From the NCBI GenBank assembly GCA_964016885.1, contig OZ024743.1:31000001-31064000 (forward strand): a stretch of 64,000 bases of DNA, given 5' to 3'. The stretch's first letter is position 1. Each line of letters begins with the position of its first letter. The notes beneath the pieces were generated by a model. The model made no database searches and was not told where the DNA came from. It was given only the letters and a program-made list of their open reading frames with translations. This document shows, one piece after another, positions 1 through 13,791 of this stretch. Source of the DNA: Eledone cirrhosa. Its lineage: Eukaryota. Made by a program: the position numbers and the translations under genes.

Positions 1-41
1 CCAGCAATTATTCCAGTGCATTACTGGTACTTCATTTTATC
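1..41 (-). mobile_element. tRNA-SINE 3'-region fragment
   Basis: The reverse complement (gataaaatgaagtaccagtaatgcactggaataattgctgg) matches the 3' part of the full SINE at 62611-62794. Confidence 0.7.
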
Positions 42-3000
42 ATGTGGTGTGTAATAATATCACTTCAAATGCCTAGAAAACGTTCCAGATCATTATATGG
101 AAGGTCATCTTCAGAGGCTAAGAGAAAGAAAACACAGTGATCTGAAGAAAGTGAAGAAGTTCGGCATGCCCGTCTAGCTGCTAACAGAACCCAAACAGCT
201 TTAGCACGAGCACACCGTTTGGATGAAAGGGAACAAAGGACTGCTGCTACACAAGAACAACAAATTAAGGAACAGCAGCATATCAGACGAAATGCTAATC
301 AAGCACATCGTTCTACTGCCCGAGCAGGAGAACAAGCCACAATAAAATGAACTGGCTGATGAGTGCTTTTTCTTATAACCCCCAAAACGACTACAGCAGT
401 AATCCACAAATCAACATTGGGAAAAATGAACAAATGCTGCCAGTATAGTGGTGCCAAGAAGTGGGCAGCAGCAACACCAAGTCTATGCTGCTCAAAAGTC
501 AAAGTGAGCCTTAAAACAATGCAAGAACTTCCTGAATTTCTGAAGAATCTGCTCCTTCAGCATACACCAGAACCACAACACTTCAATAAATACATCATAA
601 AATATAATTCTGCCTTTCAAATGACATCTTTTGGGGCTGACCGGAATGTGACTGACATTAGATTCTGTACAACGTATACCATTCAAGGACAGTGTTACCA
701 CTTAATGGGTGGCCTTCTGCCTCTTTCATAGGAGCCTCACAACTATGTGCAGTTTTACTTCATGGGTGGAAATGAAACTCAGGCACAACAAAGATGTACC
801 AATGATTGCAGTTCTCCATAGTCATACAGTTACAAGAAATGCTTCACCAACATTACATGTACGTCAGTGTATTTAAATATGCACTGGAGCATATGAACAA
901 CACCAGAGATTGTAAAATCATCATTAGGGCAGACAAACTCCCACCTTCAGGACATGAAGGCAGATTCAATGCACTTGTCACTGGTGAAGTTGCAATCGTA
1001 ATGATTGATGAACAGCATGAACAACGTGACACTGTTTTGCAAAAACGAAGTGGACATTTGGAGCGAATTTGTGAAACACATAGAGTCTATGATTCACTCC
1101 AATATTCGCTCATTTTTTGGAATGGTCAAGATAGATATAATTTTCAGCTACGGCAGATCAGCCCAGGAACGGGACAAGAAACTGGCCGATCAATCAACTG
1201 CAAAATATTCTATGCTTATCATTCCATGGTACGTGATCACTTCAACCAAGTTCTGCGATTCAAATATGTAACCAACCAGTTCAGGGTGGACATTTATGCC
1301 AAACTTGAAACAGAAAGATTGGGTTTTCTGCGAAGGAATCAAACTAACTTGAGGGCAGATAACTACATCCACCTTAGAGATGCCTTCAATTCTGATGTTG
1401 ACCCAAAGATATTGGCCAGCCTGTCATACTACCATCAAGCTTCACGCAAGATGCAATGGCCTATGTCAGAAAATGTGGTCGGCCAGATCTCTTCATTACA
1501 TTTGCATGAAATTCAAACTGGTCAGAAATATCAAATGAATTATTTCAAAATCAAAAACAAAAGGTTCGACATGACCTCATTGCTCGGGTTTTCCATGAAG
1601 AGCAAATAAAAAAAAAACCAGGCTCATTAAAGAAATAAGAATCTTTGGTGAGCTTAGTGCTTGGATGACCACTATTGAGTGGCAGAAGAGAGGTCTTCGT
1701 CACTCTCATACACTAATTTGATGCAAGGAGAAGATAAGACCAGAAGATATTGATAAGATCATTTCAGCAGAGTTGCCTGATAAACGTGGTGATCCAGAGC
1801 TCTTTGAAACCATCATGTCCAAACTCATTCATGGTCCATGTGGAGTCATCAATCCAGCCTCTCCCTGCATGAAAAATCAAAAATGCAGCAAACATTATCC
1901 TGGAGCTTTTATTCGGAAAACTCGGACTAACAGTAATGGATACTCCCTCTATCATAGGCGTAGACTAGAATATGGAGACAATACTGCAAGCCTAACAGTT
2001 CGAGGAGAGGAGCTGACCATAAACAATCAGTGGGTCGTCCTACACAACACATTGTTGTGTAAACCTTTAAAAGCTCATATCAATGTTGAGTATTGCAGCT
2101 CCGTCAAGGCAATCCTCTATGTCACAAAATATATCAACAAGGGCAGAGACATGGCTTCCTTTATTAATGACAAATAATTCAATGTTGGTGGGCTGGATGA
2201 GGTCAAACGGTATCAAAGAGGTCGATACATCTCCAGCAATGAAGCTAACTAGCGAATCTTTGGGTTAGATATTCACCAACGCCACTCAACAGTGGTCAAC
2301 CTCACAGTCCATATGGAACATGGACAGAGAGTGTACTTCACTGAGATTACTGCTCATCAGTTGGCACAAGCATCACATGACACTACACTAACTGCTTTCT
2401 TTAAACTCTGCCTGAATGATGAATTTGCTCGATCCCTCCTATATACTGAAGTCCCAACATACTACACCTGGACCAATAGACCTGGAATCGAATAAAGCAG
2501 GGTCATTTATTGGTAGGTCATGAAGTCAAGCCAAGTGATGCTATTGGGCGTGTTTACAATGACCATCCCAACAACAGAGAATGTTTTTATTTACGGCTCC
2601 TTCTGCATACTGTTCGAGGACCAACGTCATTTGAAGATCTTAGCTGTTTCAGAGGAGGGGAGTGCGCAACATACCATGAAGCATGTAAACAGCATGGACT
2701 CCTGCATGACAATGGACACTGGAAGAAGTGCCTAGAAGAAGCAGCAATCACACAAGTAGCCAGTCAAATAAGACAATTATTTGCTATTATGTTCACAGCA
2801 TGTGGAAAGGATGATGCTCATCTATTCTGGCAGTACTACAAAAACAATATGTCGGACGACTATCTACACCTAGCTCGAAGACATCATGGCAATATGTATA
2901 TGGAATATACCCCCAAGATTGACAATCAAGCTCTTTGTGACCTGTCCCATCGAGTTCAGGCAATGAATAGCACATTAGCTAACTGCGGGATGCCAGAGCC

Positions 3001-5408
3001 AGATGAAGAAATGGAGGTAGCACAAGACATTTTTCAGGAAACAAACAACGATATTCAAGCATTGAGTAAGTTTGTGGATGAAAACGAACCTCGATAGATG
3101 GATGACCAGAAATACGCCTACCACAACATCATCGAAAACATTCAATATGACAAGGGAGGACTTTTCGTCATCGAAGCTCCTGCTGCTACAGGCAAGTCAT
3201 TCCTCATAAACCTCCTGCTTGCAAAAGTTCGCCAAAAGCAACATATTGCCCTTGCTGTGGCTTCAAGTAGCATTGCAGCAACACTTCTGGATGAAGGGAG
3301 AACTGCACACTCCATGTTTAAGCTCCCCATAGATATCACACGGCATGAACAATATTGTTGCAACATCACGAAGAGCTCACCCAAGGGCAAACTTCTGCAA
3401 ACATGCAAGATGATAATTTGGGATGAAGCTACTATGAGCCATATGGGAACAATTGAAGGTTTGGACCGGACGATCTGAGAGAAAATAATTGCATAATGGG
3501 AGGAGTGACAATGGTTCTTGCTGGTGATTTCAGACGAATTCTACCTGTAATTCTTCGAGGGACTCGAGCTGATCAGGTCAACGCCTGTCTGAAAACATTC
3601 TATCTCTGACTCCACTTTCAGCTGCTGAGCCTTACAACCAACATGCGAGTGCACTTAACTGGTGACGAAGGTGTCAGTAAGTTTGCTATCCAACTATTTA
3701 AATTGGGAAATGGACTTCTTGAAAAGGACTCCAATGACCATAATCAGTTGTCATTTGGCCATACCATTGACACAGAACAAGAACTGATTGCCAGAGTGTT
3801 TCCAAACATTCAGACCAGGCAATTTGATCCGAAATGGCTCTGCGAACGACCAAGCTTAGCACCTAAAAATGTTGATGTGAAGGAAATCAACAGAAGGGTA
3901 CTAGAGATGTTACCGGGAGAGAAAATATGCTACACATCAGTTGACACAATCACTTCTCAAGACCAGATTGTAAACTATCCAACTGAATTTTTGAACAGTC
4001 TTGAACAAGCGGAAATTCCTTCACAGAACCTGATAATGAAGCTTGGAGCATCAGTTATGCTACTTCGCAATCTGGATCCTCCAAAACTTTGTAATGGCTC
4101 AAGACTCATCATCAAACATATGATGTCCAATGTTCTAGAAGTTGCAATCATGTCAGCAAAATTTGCTGGTGACAATTCTTTAATTCCCAGAATACCTCTC
4201 AAGCCAACTGATTTACATTTGAATTTCAATGACCTCAATTTCCATATAGGCTCATTTTTGCCATGATCATTAATAAATCTCAAGGGCAATCATTGAAAGT
4301 CGTTGGGTTGAATCTGGCAGATCCTGTCTTTTCACATTGGCAACTCTATGTTTGCACAACAAGAGTTGGGAACCCTGATTGTCTCTTCATTGTGGCACCA
4401 CAGGGCAAATTCAAGAATATTGTCTATCCAGAGGCTTTGGAATGAGCAATGTCGTAATTCCTTATTCAATGACAATACACACAGATCCTAATTCCTTAGT
4501 CATGTAGTTTGAAAGGAATTATGAAGCCGCAAATTTACTGCCTGGTGTTACTTTGGAAGAATATGCGGGCATTCATGGGTACCTCTGCTATATAAAGTAG
4601 TATAAGTGAGGACTTTGTTGGGTAGAAATAGCAGCCAAATTTCCTTCAAATCCCACGTTACTTTCTCAGGTATATATATATATATGTATGAAGCAAAAAG
4701 GGATGGTTCTATGTGATTACTCGATCTACTAGAAATATTAGCAAAATCCATTTCAAACAACTGTCTTACACACATACATGTCTGTGTATGTATCTATGTC
4801 TGTCATGTGAGCCACTATAACTGTTGGTATAGCTAATAGAATTAGAAAACAAATCTCCCTCAAACAAGATCCTACTGCCATAGAGGCAAAGATTGGTGAA
4901 AGCTACAGTATACAAATTTAAATACTCTTTTCCCGAATTACAGAAATGAGTAAGTAAATGTTTCATTCAATCATAAATAAATGCTAAATCTATTTTCTTA
5001 TTTTATTTATGGTTTTTTTAAAATAGTCCTTATATGTCGTTTGAATTTCAGAGGTTCAGATTGAGCAAAAAAAAAAAAAGAAAGAAAGAAAGAAAAGGAT
5101 AACTGAAAAAAATCTAAATGTATTTTTTTGGTCCTGCCCATTTCAGGGCAGACGTAATTATTCATCTATGAGTTATATTATATATACTGACTGTAATAGG
5201 GAGCAGTATTCAAAATATCACCACTTCAAAAAATTAATATTTCTATCCAGATGATTTACTTTGACCAAACGGCAATAAATATTCTGCTATAATTCCTACT
5301 TTGGTTAAAATTCAGCAATCATATTTGAATGGTCAAATATGTTGTAATGTGTGCCAAATATATCGTAACATTCATAAATACCCGGGATTCACCGGGTAGC
5401 TCAGCTAG
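40..5408 (+). mobile_element. Helitron, near full-length, decayed
   Basis: Rep/helicase remnants span 69-4445. The 3' end is a TACCCGG-gattca-CCGGGTA hairpin (5379-5398) followed by CTAG (5405-5408) and T. A possible 5' A|TC lies at 39-41 (uncertain). Confidence 0.9.
69..4445 (+). pseudogene. Helitron Rep/PIF1-type helicase pseudogene (many stops and frameshifts)
   Basis: N-terminus MPRKRSRS from ATG 69. HUH motif EWQKRGLRHSH at ~1677-1709 and catalytic-Tyr motif YVTKYINKG at ~2118-2144. Helicase motifs APAATGKSF, IIWDEATM, GDFRRILPV, MLLRNLDPPKLCNGSRL, INKSQGQSL and FSHWQLYV are spread over the ORF fragments. Confidence 0.93.
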
Positions 5409-5567
5409 TTGTTAACAAAAAGGAAGTTCCGTAACATTTACAAATTATGCAGGTTCGATTTAGATGGAATACGCTAGAATATGCAGTATTAAATGTTAAA
5501 CCATCCATTGTTACCAGTACACATGTCTATCAAACTACATCCATATTAATTTTATATATATATATAT

Positions 5568-5640
<73 letters not shown>

Positions 5641-5733
5641 AAAAAAATCTATTTTTTTCCCACTCTACTACCCTAAGTATTGCGTACTCTGGTGCGTTAT
5701 GGTCCATCTGGTTCCTAACCACAATCCCTTTGT

Positions 5734-5785
<52 letters not shown>

Positions 5786-5792
<7 letters not shown>

Positions 5793-6243
5793 TGCAAACT
5801 CTGCTAAGAGTATTGCAATCGCTTCTCAGATTATAGAGTTTGGTGTAATTTCAGGCTACGGCCAGCCACACGATGCTGCAATATATCCTTAAAAACAATA
5901 CCCGTGCTTTGAAGGTTTTTTAAGACGGGAAAGGCCTTGCACTCGACCAATACCACACTCTGAGCATCGAAAACACTACTCAAAAGGAGAACTGGTCAAC
6001 ATCAACGGATGATTTTCAAGCCGCAGGTTCTTTTTCAAGGTTTTCCTCTCTTAGAAAGGTGTTGTGAATACAACTGCGGGCCTTTCCCTCACCTTGAGAA
6101 AAAAAGGGCAATTTGGATAGCCGTTGACTCTGTTGAGTTCCTCTGCCCTTTGCCCAGTCTTGCATTTCATCGCGCAGGGTGTCCAAATATCACCCTCTTC
6201 ACAAAGTAAGCTTGGTGGCGACGACCCGACGACCCGACCATGA
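5786..6243 (-). mobile_element. Short non-autonomous RTE-like element, diverged relative of 18856-19466
   Basis: Shares the 5' block catggtcgggtcg...gagggtgat..ttggaca.cctgc...gagtcaa.ggc.atccaaa and the 3' end gagtt.gcagcca.cat with 18856-19466. It is flanked by (TA)n. Confidence 0.65.
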
Positions 6244-6284
6244 TATACATATATATATATACATACATATTTATACATATATAT

Positions 6285-7229
6285 ATAGTATTAGTTATAC
6301 TATTTATGGTTATGAAAATATAAAACCTTATGCAGTTATAAGTATTTTACACACACCCTAAATAGTGGTAGGCAGTAATGTATTACTACCTTATTACCAG
6401 TAAGTTAAGTAGCTCAATGTAAAAACATCAGATGATTTACAGAGCAGTTATATGAAATATAAGAATCAAAGAACTGTTCAAAACATTATCGTGCTTACAG
6501 CTGTTTCCTCCAAACCGAGGTTTGGATTCTTCGGAGCAATTTATTAATGCATGGACAGTTATATGACCTCCTTTTCAGCCGAGAGACATACCGATACATA
6601 TTCAAACATTGATACATATTCAAACAGTGTGGGTCAACATTCATTACAGAATTTAGAGTGGCAGTACACACTTCGAGATTACATTTATATTATGAGGTAC
6701 AATAAAAAATCAAAATACAGGTTAAAATACAACATGAAGATAAGCGGTTATATAGTGCAAATGTTATATGTGTGGCACGCATGTGCGTCTTGTTTATATA
6801 AAGAATTTGCCACCAGATCTACCAACCTAACACTCTTGTTTACCTACCTAAGTGCCTCTACCACACATATCTCTCTGCCACACTATATAAACAAGACGCA
6901 CATGCGTGCCACACATATAACATTTGCACTATATAACCGCTTATCTTCATGTTGTATTTTAACCTGTATTTTGATTTTTGATTGTACCTCATAATATAAA
7001 TGTAATCTCGAAGTGTGTACTGCCACTCTAAATTCTGTAATGAATGTTGACCCACAATGTTTGAATATGTTTCAATGTTTGAATATGTATCGGTATGTCT
7101 CTCGGCTGAAAAGGAGGTCATATAACTGTCCATGCATTAATAAATTGCTCCGAAGAATCCAAACCTCGGTTTGGAGGAAACAGCTGTAAGCACGATAATG
7201 CTTTGAACAGTTCTTTGATTCTTATATTT
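6285..7229. mobile_element. Fold-back PLE-like insertion (arms 6455-6800 and 6884-7229, extra 3' tail 6285-6454)
   Basis: Near-perfect 346-bp inverted arms with an 83-bp spacer, an HHR in each arm and TA-rich flanks. Confidence 0.85.
7146..7192 (+). ncRNA. Minimal type I hammerhead ribozyme (mirror copy 6492-6538 on -)
   Basis: TGCT-CCGAAGA-a-TCCAAACC-tc-GGTTTGGA-g-GAAAC-AGCT-GTA-AGCA gives stem I TGCT/AGCA, stem II, palindromic ACAGCTGT and a GUA site. The core has U4C. Confidence 0.8.
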
Positions 7230-8414
7230 TACATATATATATATATATATGTCTGTGTGTGTATGTATGTTTATTTATATAAATTCATGTATATATATAT
7301 GTATACATATATATATACAAATATATATATATGCACACACATATATACAAACATGTATATAAATAAACATACATATGTGTATACATACACACATATACAC
7401 ACAGCTTTGTTACTCATTACATATCTCACTGGTAATTGGTATATATATATAGTATATATATAGAATAACAAAGCTTTTGCGGGATGGTACGATGCGGTAG
7501 AAATATGTATAACATAATGTTTATTGTTCCTTGTCACGGACAATATTTCATCACAATATGTCACGATTAAACCTCTCTTTCAAATGAAAAATGAAAAAAA
7601 GTGCTTCCTTCTCTAACGGATTTGTATATGAGTGTGGATTGCATATGCGTGGAATTGATATAGAAGTTAGCTCATTAATTACTGAATTACCCACATGCCT
7701 CCCCGACGCATGTATGGTGACATAAATATTGCAGCATTTATCAAGATATTTTTGATAGAGGAAGCACTTGTGGTCATTTGTTCCTTGGTCCCTGTGTGAA
7801 GCATCCAGACAGTAGCACCAATGTAAGTAACCATATAGTCTGTATTAATCTTATGTAGGCACTAATCGATAAATGTGTTACATAGATTAATCAACGATTT
7901 ATAACACTTCCAGAAGAAGAACGTTTGTCCTTAAATAGAAGAACCTAAATCATTCTAATGGACTGACATTCTTATAGCAAATACTACTGCCAACACTTTA
8001 ATAACTTCCTCACCAATGTCAACTGATCTGCCACTCTTAGAATTGGTACTGATATATGTTTGTCGAAGGCCGAGATGTAAACACATATTTTACTGTAGTG
8101 TATTAACTAAAGTAAATATATTTTTATTTACATTCGAACTTTCTGACAAAAACGTATTGAGTTATCTAAATAACGAGATATTAATAACTAAATAACGAGA
8201 TATTTTACCTTCGAAGTGTGCATAACAGGATGACGTAATGGATTAAACAAAATATGTGATACTGTCGTTTCTCAAAATTGATATTCCGTCTAATACCATA
8301 CACGTAATAATTATGGCTTCCATGTTGTCGAGTGCTTCCAATTGATTACATATTGAAGAGCATTTGTAAAATTTGTAAATAAAATCGGATGATACGTTTT
8401 CATACACCCTGTGT

Positions 8415-8491
<77 letters not shown>

Positions 8492-8760
8492 TCCAGGGTT
8501 CAATCGGTGGTAACCACAATACATTAGTAGAGTATATAGAACACAAATTAATATAGAAATGGCTTCTACAGGACTAGAACTGTCTCATTTGAAGGAAATA
8601 TATAGACATAATTCGCCAGAGAATGTCTTCACGAACGACAAACATGTCTTTCTATTTTCTTTTGTTTGTGAATTTTTTTGAAATATTTAAGTCTACCTCT
8701 ACAGATATATAAATGTCAGTTTGGGGTGAAAGCAGAAATTATTTGCTTAAACTTTAATCT

Positions 8761-8794
<34 letters not shown>

Positions 8795-8894
8795 ATACCA
8801 ATATTAAGAAAAAAATGTCAACACATATATGCGACTAACCGCATAGATTCACCGATCAAACAAAAATACAGTCTATTCAACAAAATTCAGTAAC

Positions 8895-9400
8895 GACAAC
8901 GCCATCACTACAGTCACCGCCGCCACCACCCATCCGTCATTACTACCACTATCCCATCACCGCCGCCACCACTCCTTCGTTGCTACCACCGCTATTCCCC
9001 CATTATCTTCTGTTAACTTACGAAAGGGGAAGGTGGCGGTATCACTAGACAATATTAATAAACAATATTAATATTTAATTTTGGATCAGGAATGTTAGAG
9101 TCGAAAAGGAGAAAAATGGCAACATGAATAAATAGCTAAAGATAATTTCACCACCAACACCACCACAACTACCACGCTAAAAACTCTGGTCAAGTTGCCT
9201 CAACCGCTATTTCTACTCCAACTTCAACACCATCACTACAGTACTACGATCACATCACCACCACCACTGCCTCATTATCGCTACCGCCGCTATTCTCTCC
9301 CACTACCTCCTACTAGGTACTACTAGCACATCACCGCCACCACCCCCACCACCACCACTGCCTCATTATCACTACCGCCGCTATTCTCTCCCACTAGCCC
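8895..9400. repeat. CAC/CCA/CTA-rich low-complexity region with a ~50-bp local duplication
   Basis: Runs of accaccacc/actact; caccactgcctcattatc.ctaccgccgctattctctcccacta occurs twice (~9263 and ~9353). Confidence 0.7.
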
Positions 9401-9802
9401 CTGCTAAATCGCAGTGTCCCCACTAAAAGAGGAAGGCATCAAAATATATAAATAGACTGAATTGATGACCCGGTCAAAATCAAAAAACCAAAGATCAAAA
9501 TCAAAGCAGCACAGCAACCACGAAAAACGTAAAGAAAAGGAAAATGTAGAGAAAATCAAACAGACGGACAGAGAAGAGAAGGGAAAAATTATGTCAGACA
9601 TTCAAAGATTACATTACAATGAAACTTATGCTTATTCATTTTTTTTTTTTTTTTGCCTGTTTGTTTATTTGTTTATTTATGTTAGTCTACAGCGTGATAA
9701 TGCCACACGAAAATCACCGGGAGTGACGAAATCACTGGAGGTGATGAAATCACCGGTGGTTATGTAACCATACATTCGCCAATCCTCGATAAGAGTGTTT
9801 AA

Positions 9803-12800
9803 ATGTCGAACCTAAACAGTTCGAATAACGGTGAAATGGAGACTAGAATGTCATGTGACAGACTCTCACCCAACAGGTGCTCCCTGGCTCAGCAGCAGGG
9901 ACCTGGCTGTCAACCAAATACTGCTGGTGTCGGAGAAAGAAGAAGAAGGAAAGGGACCAGAACCAACTGGACGAAAGAATTGAATAGAACTGTTATGCAA
10001 TGTTACCTGAAGAGTAACCCCAAGGAGAAAGGCTATAGGAAACGGATGTATAACATCTGGAACGAGATTGGTCTATTTAAATTACATGAACAAAAATTGG
10101 CCGGGCGGTCTCGGGTAATAAGAACTAATGGCTGGATAAGCGAGTTGGAACTGGAGGAACTGAGCAGAGAGATTAGCTTGGAAATGGAGAGTGGAGTATG
10201 CCAGGCAAACGAGCCAGTGGGAAATGAAGGTGAAGAGGTCGAGAGAACGGAGGAACCACCCGGAGCAGACAATGATCTGAATGCTGAGATAAATAATACC
10301 TGGAACAGAGATACGGCCACTGAGGAGATGAATGCTGACGGGCTAGGACAAGATTTGGTTGACATCCTAAACTTAGTGGTAGATGAATTGAACAATGATA
10401 GTGGGAAACCTATGAACCTAAGATTTGTAGACAGGAAAAAGTTAAAAGAAACAACAGCTAAGGTAAACAAAGTCATCCCATACCTTGAGGTGAGGAGCCT
10501 TCACCAGTGCAACAATATCCTCAAAGCAAAAGCAAATACTGTGAGGAAACTACTTGGTATAAAAGCGAGAGGAAACAACAAACAAGAAAGATCAGAGCCT
10601 TGGTGGAAGAAACGACTGAGTCGTCAAATCAGGGGAATGAGAAATGACATTGGAAAGCTTGAGTCCCTACTGAATGGGACACTAAAAAACAAAGACACTA
10701 AAAATAGACTGCAAATAAAGTACAAAACTAGGAGGAAAAAGCTAAATATTATCATAGAAGAACTGAAGCAACGCATTGTAGCAAAGAGTGCAAAAATCAG
10801 GCGATACGAGAACAGAGTCAGTCAGTATAGACAGAACCACATATTTGACAACAACCAGAAGATGCTGTTTGGACAGCTTGAAGGGAAAGAAAGAGGCAAC
10901 GACTTGATCCCTGAGGCGGACAAACTAAAACATTCTGGAGAGGAATATGAGAGCAGGATGTTAAACATAGTGACCAGGCAGTGTGGATTGAGACAGTACA
11001 GAAGGAGAATAGTGAACAGGCACACCAACAAACTGATTCAAGTATCACAGTTGAAACTCTTAAGGGGCAGGCCAAAAAACTAACCAACTGGAAATCACCA
11101 GGCCCATATGGTGTGCAGGGGTATTGGATTAAAAATATAACATCCCTCCACCCGAAACTGACAACCATGTTCAATGACTGCTTGATGTCAGGTGAGGTAC
11201 CAGAGTGGTTGACAAAAGGTACCACAGTTCTGATAATGGAAGATCGAACCAAGGGTAATAATGTTACCAACTATAGACCTATCACATGTCTGTCCGTAAT
11301 GTGGAAACTGTTAACAAACATTATGTCTGAGGAAATCTACCATCACCTCCACACAAACAACTTGTTACCGGACGAACAGCAAGGATGCCGAAAGAAGTCA
11401 CGTGGTACAAATGGCCAGTTACTTATTGATAAGATTATAATGAGGAATTGCAAGAGGAGAAACACTGGTCTTGCTATGGGATGGATAGACTACAAAAAGG
11501 CATTTGACATGGTGCCTCATTCTTGGATCACCAAAAGCCTGGAGATCTTCAAGGTGGCAGAAAACATCAGACAGTTGTTGGGCAAACGTATGAAGTCCTG
11601 GGAAACAGAGTTAACATCAACTGGAGAATCCTTGGGAAGCGTGAAGATCAAGAGAGGTATCTTCCAGGGAGATAGTCTGTCTCCTCTGTTGTTTGTCCTT
11701 GCCCTGATGCCCCTGACCATTATACTGCGAAAAGTGAGAGCAGGATACAAGTTTACAAGTTGGGAAAGGGAGAAATTACCATCAATCACCACCTCTTCAT
11801 GGACGATCTTAAGCTCTTCGGGAAGAGTGAGAAAGAGTTGGATGTGCTTGTTGACACTGTCCGTATTTTCAGCAATGATATATGTATGCAATTTGTATTA
11901 GTAAGTGTGGAGTCCTTGTGATGAAGAGAGATACATTGAGCAGAAGTAAGGGAATCCAGGTACCAACAGGTGAGATGATAAAGGAAATTGACTCTGAAGA
12001 AGGATACAAGTATTTGGGTGTTCTGGTGGCTGATGACATCAAGAACAAAAAAATGAAGGAATTGATAAGAACTGAATACATTCGGAGAGTAAGGAGCGTA
12101 TTAAAGTCACATCTGAACACTCGGAATGCCATAAGTGCAGTAAATTCCCGAGCTGTGTCTATTATTAGGTACAGTGCGGGAATACTGAGATGGAATGTTG
12201 CTGAACAAAAAGAAATGAATAGGAAGACTAGGAAGCTATTGACTATCTACAACATGTTCAACAAGAGGAGTGATGTCGATAGACTCTACTTAAGGAGATC
12301 TGAAGGTGGAAGAGATCTTATCAGCATAGAGGACTGTGTTCAGATGGAGAAAAACAACCTACACAAATACGTGACTGATAGTAAGGAGCCAATGCTCAGA
12401 ACTGTACTGAAGGAGGGGACAATAGACCAGGGGATGTCCAAGGAGGAAATAACAACAAGGAGAACGAGCAACCTTCATAAAAAATCCCTTCATAGTACCT
12501 TCTTTGAGAAAACTGAATTCAGAGATCCACAGACATGGAACTGGTTGAAAAGAGGAGACCTTAAAAAAACTACAGAAGGAATGCTAATGGCTGCGCAAGA
12601 GCAGGCCCTCAAAACGAAGTGGCTGAAACACCATATTTACAAGGAGGAGGCTAGCCAACTGTGCAGGATCTGTGGAGAGAGAGAGGAGACTGTGGCTCAC
12701 ATTGTATCCGAGTGTAAACACCTAGCCCAGACTCACTGTAAAGGGTGGAGACATGATGTGATGGGCAGCGTCATCCACTGGCACCTATGCAAAGTAAACA

Positions 12801-12843
12801 ATTTACCCCATTCTGAGAAGTGGTATGAGCATAATCCAGAGTC

Positions 12844-12845
<2 letters not shown>
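9803..12845 (+). pseudogene. R4/Dong ORF copy A: frameshifts near 10925, 11770 and 11895; ends at (TAA)n before the endonuclease
   Basis: ORF fragments 9803-11083, 10981-11901 and 11882-13030 join into one RT polyprotein across the frameshifts. Confidence 0.88.
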
Positions 12846-12904
<59 letters not shown>

Positions 12905-13677
12905 GGAAGAGCAGCCTTAAGGGAAAATCCCTTCATAGTACCTTCTTTGAGAAAACTGAATTTAGAGATCCACAGACGTGGAACTGGTTGCGAAGAGGAG
13001 ACCTCAAAAAGGCTACAGAAGGAATGCTAATGGCTGCGCAGGAGCAGGCCCTCAAAACGAAGTGGTTGAAGCACCATATTTACAAGGAGGAGGCTAGCCC
13101 ACTGTGCAGGATCTGTGGAGAGAGAGAGGAGACTGTGGCTCACATTGTGTCCGAGTGTAAACACCTAGCCCAGACCCACTATAAGGGCTGGAGACACGAT
13201 GTGATGGGCAGGGTGATCCACTGGCACCTGTGCAAAGTAAACACTTTACCACACTCCGAGAAATGGTATGAGCATAGGCCAGAGGCGGTGATGGAGAATA
13301 ATCAGGTGAAGGTGCTGTGGGATTTTAGGATACAGACGGACAAAAAACTGGAACACAATAGACCTGACCTGGTGGTTGTGGACAAAGAAAAAAGATCGTG
13401 TCTGATTGCGGATGTGGCCTGCCCTTTCGGCACGAGAGTGCAAGAGAAGGAGAGGGAGAAAATTAACCGATACCAGGACCTAAAGTGGGAGGTGAAAAGG
13501 ATTTGGAACTGCCATGAAGTCAAAGTGATCCCGATTGTCATAGGCGCGCTGGGGACTATCTCCAAAAGTTTCCAGGGATGGTTAAAGAAAATCGGCCCCG
13601 TCATGCTTTTTGGAACGCTTCAAAAGGCATGCTTGCTTGGAACAGCAAGAACCCTCCGATACGTCCTGAATATCTGA
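12905..13677 (+). pseudogene. R4/Dong copy B, 5'-truncated, intact C-terminal CCHC + RLE domain
   Basis: ORF 12988-13677. Its first ~370 bp repeat 12480-12845 with scattered substitutions. Confidence 0.88.
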
Positions 13678-13760
13678 GGCTGCAGGTAGTGGCTTGATAT
13701 TCATTCCAACGGACTTTCCAGTTAACCAACATCAATGACTGAGATTCAAGGAATAACAAC

Positions 13761-13791
<31 letters not shown>

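Larger units (their letters stand above)
9803..13750 (+). mobile_element. R4/Dong-clade non-LTR retrotransposon (RT + CCHC + restriction-like endonuclease), composite of two copies
   Basis: RT motifs WKSPGPYGVQGYW, YRPITCL, WIDYKKAFDMVPH, GIFQGDSLSPLLF and FMDD (11796-11807). Zinc knuckle CRICGEREETVAHIVSEC and RHD. RLE motif HNRPDLVVVDK..IADVACP..EKINRYQDL. An (AAT)n tail follows at 13751-13790. Confidence 0.92.

Noticed and set aside
6551-7133. Paired ORFs MDSYMTSFSAERH on opposite strands
   Set aside because: A by-product of the inverted repeat; they run antisense to the HHR polarity and have no domain features.
12846-12904. Poly-Ile stretch in ORF 11882-13030
   Set aside because: Read-through of the (TAA)n tract between two LINE copies.
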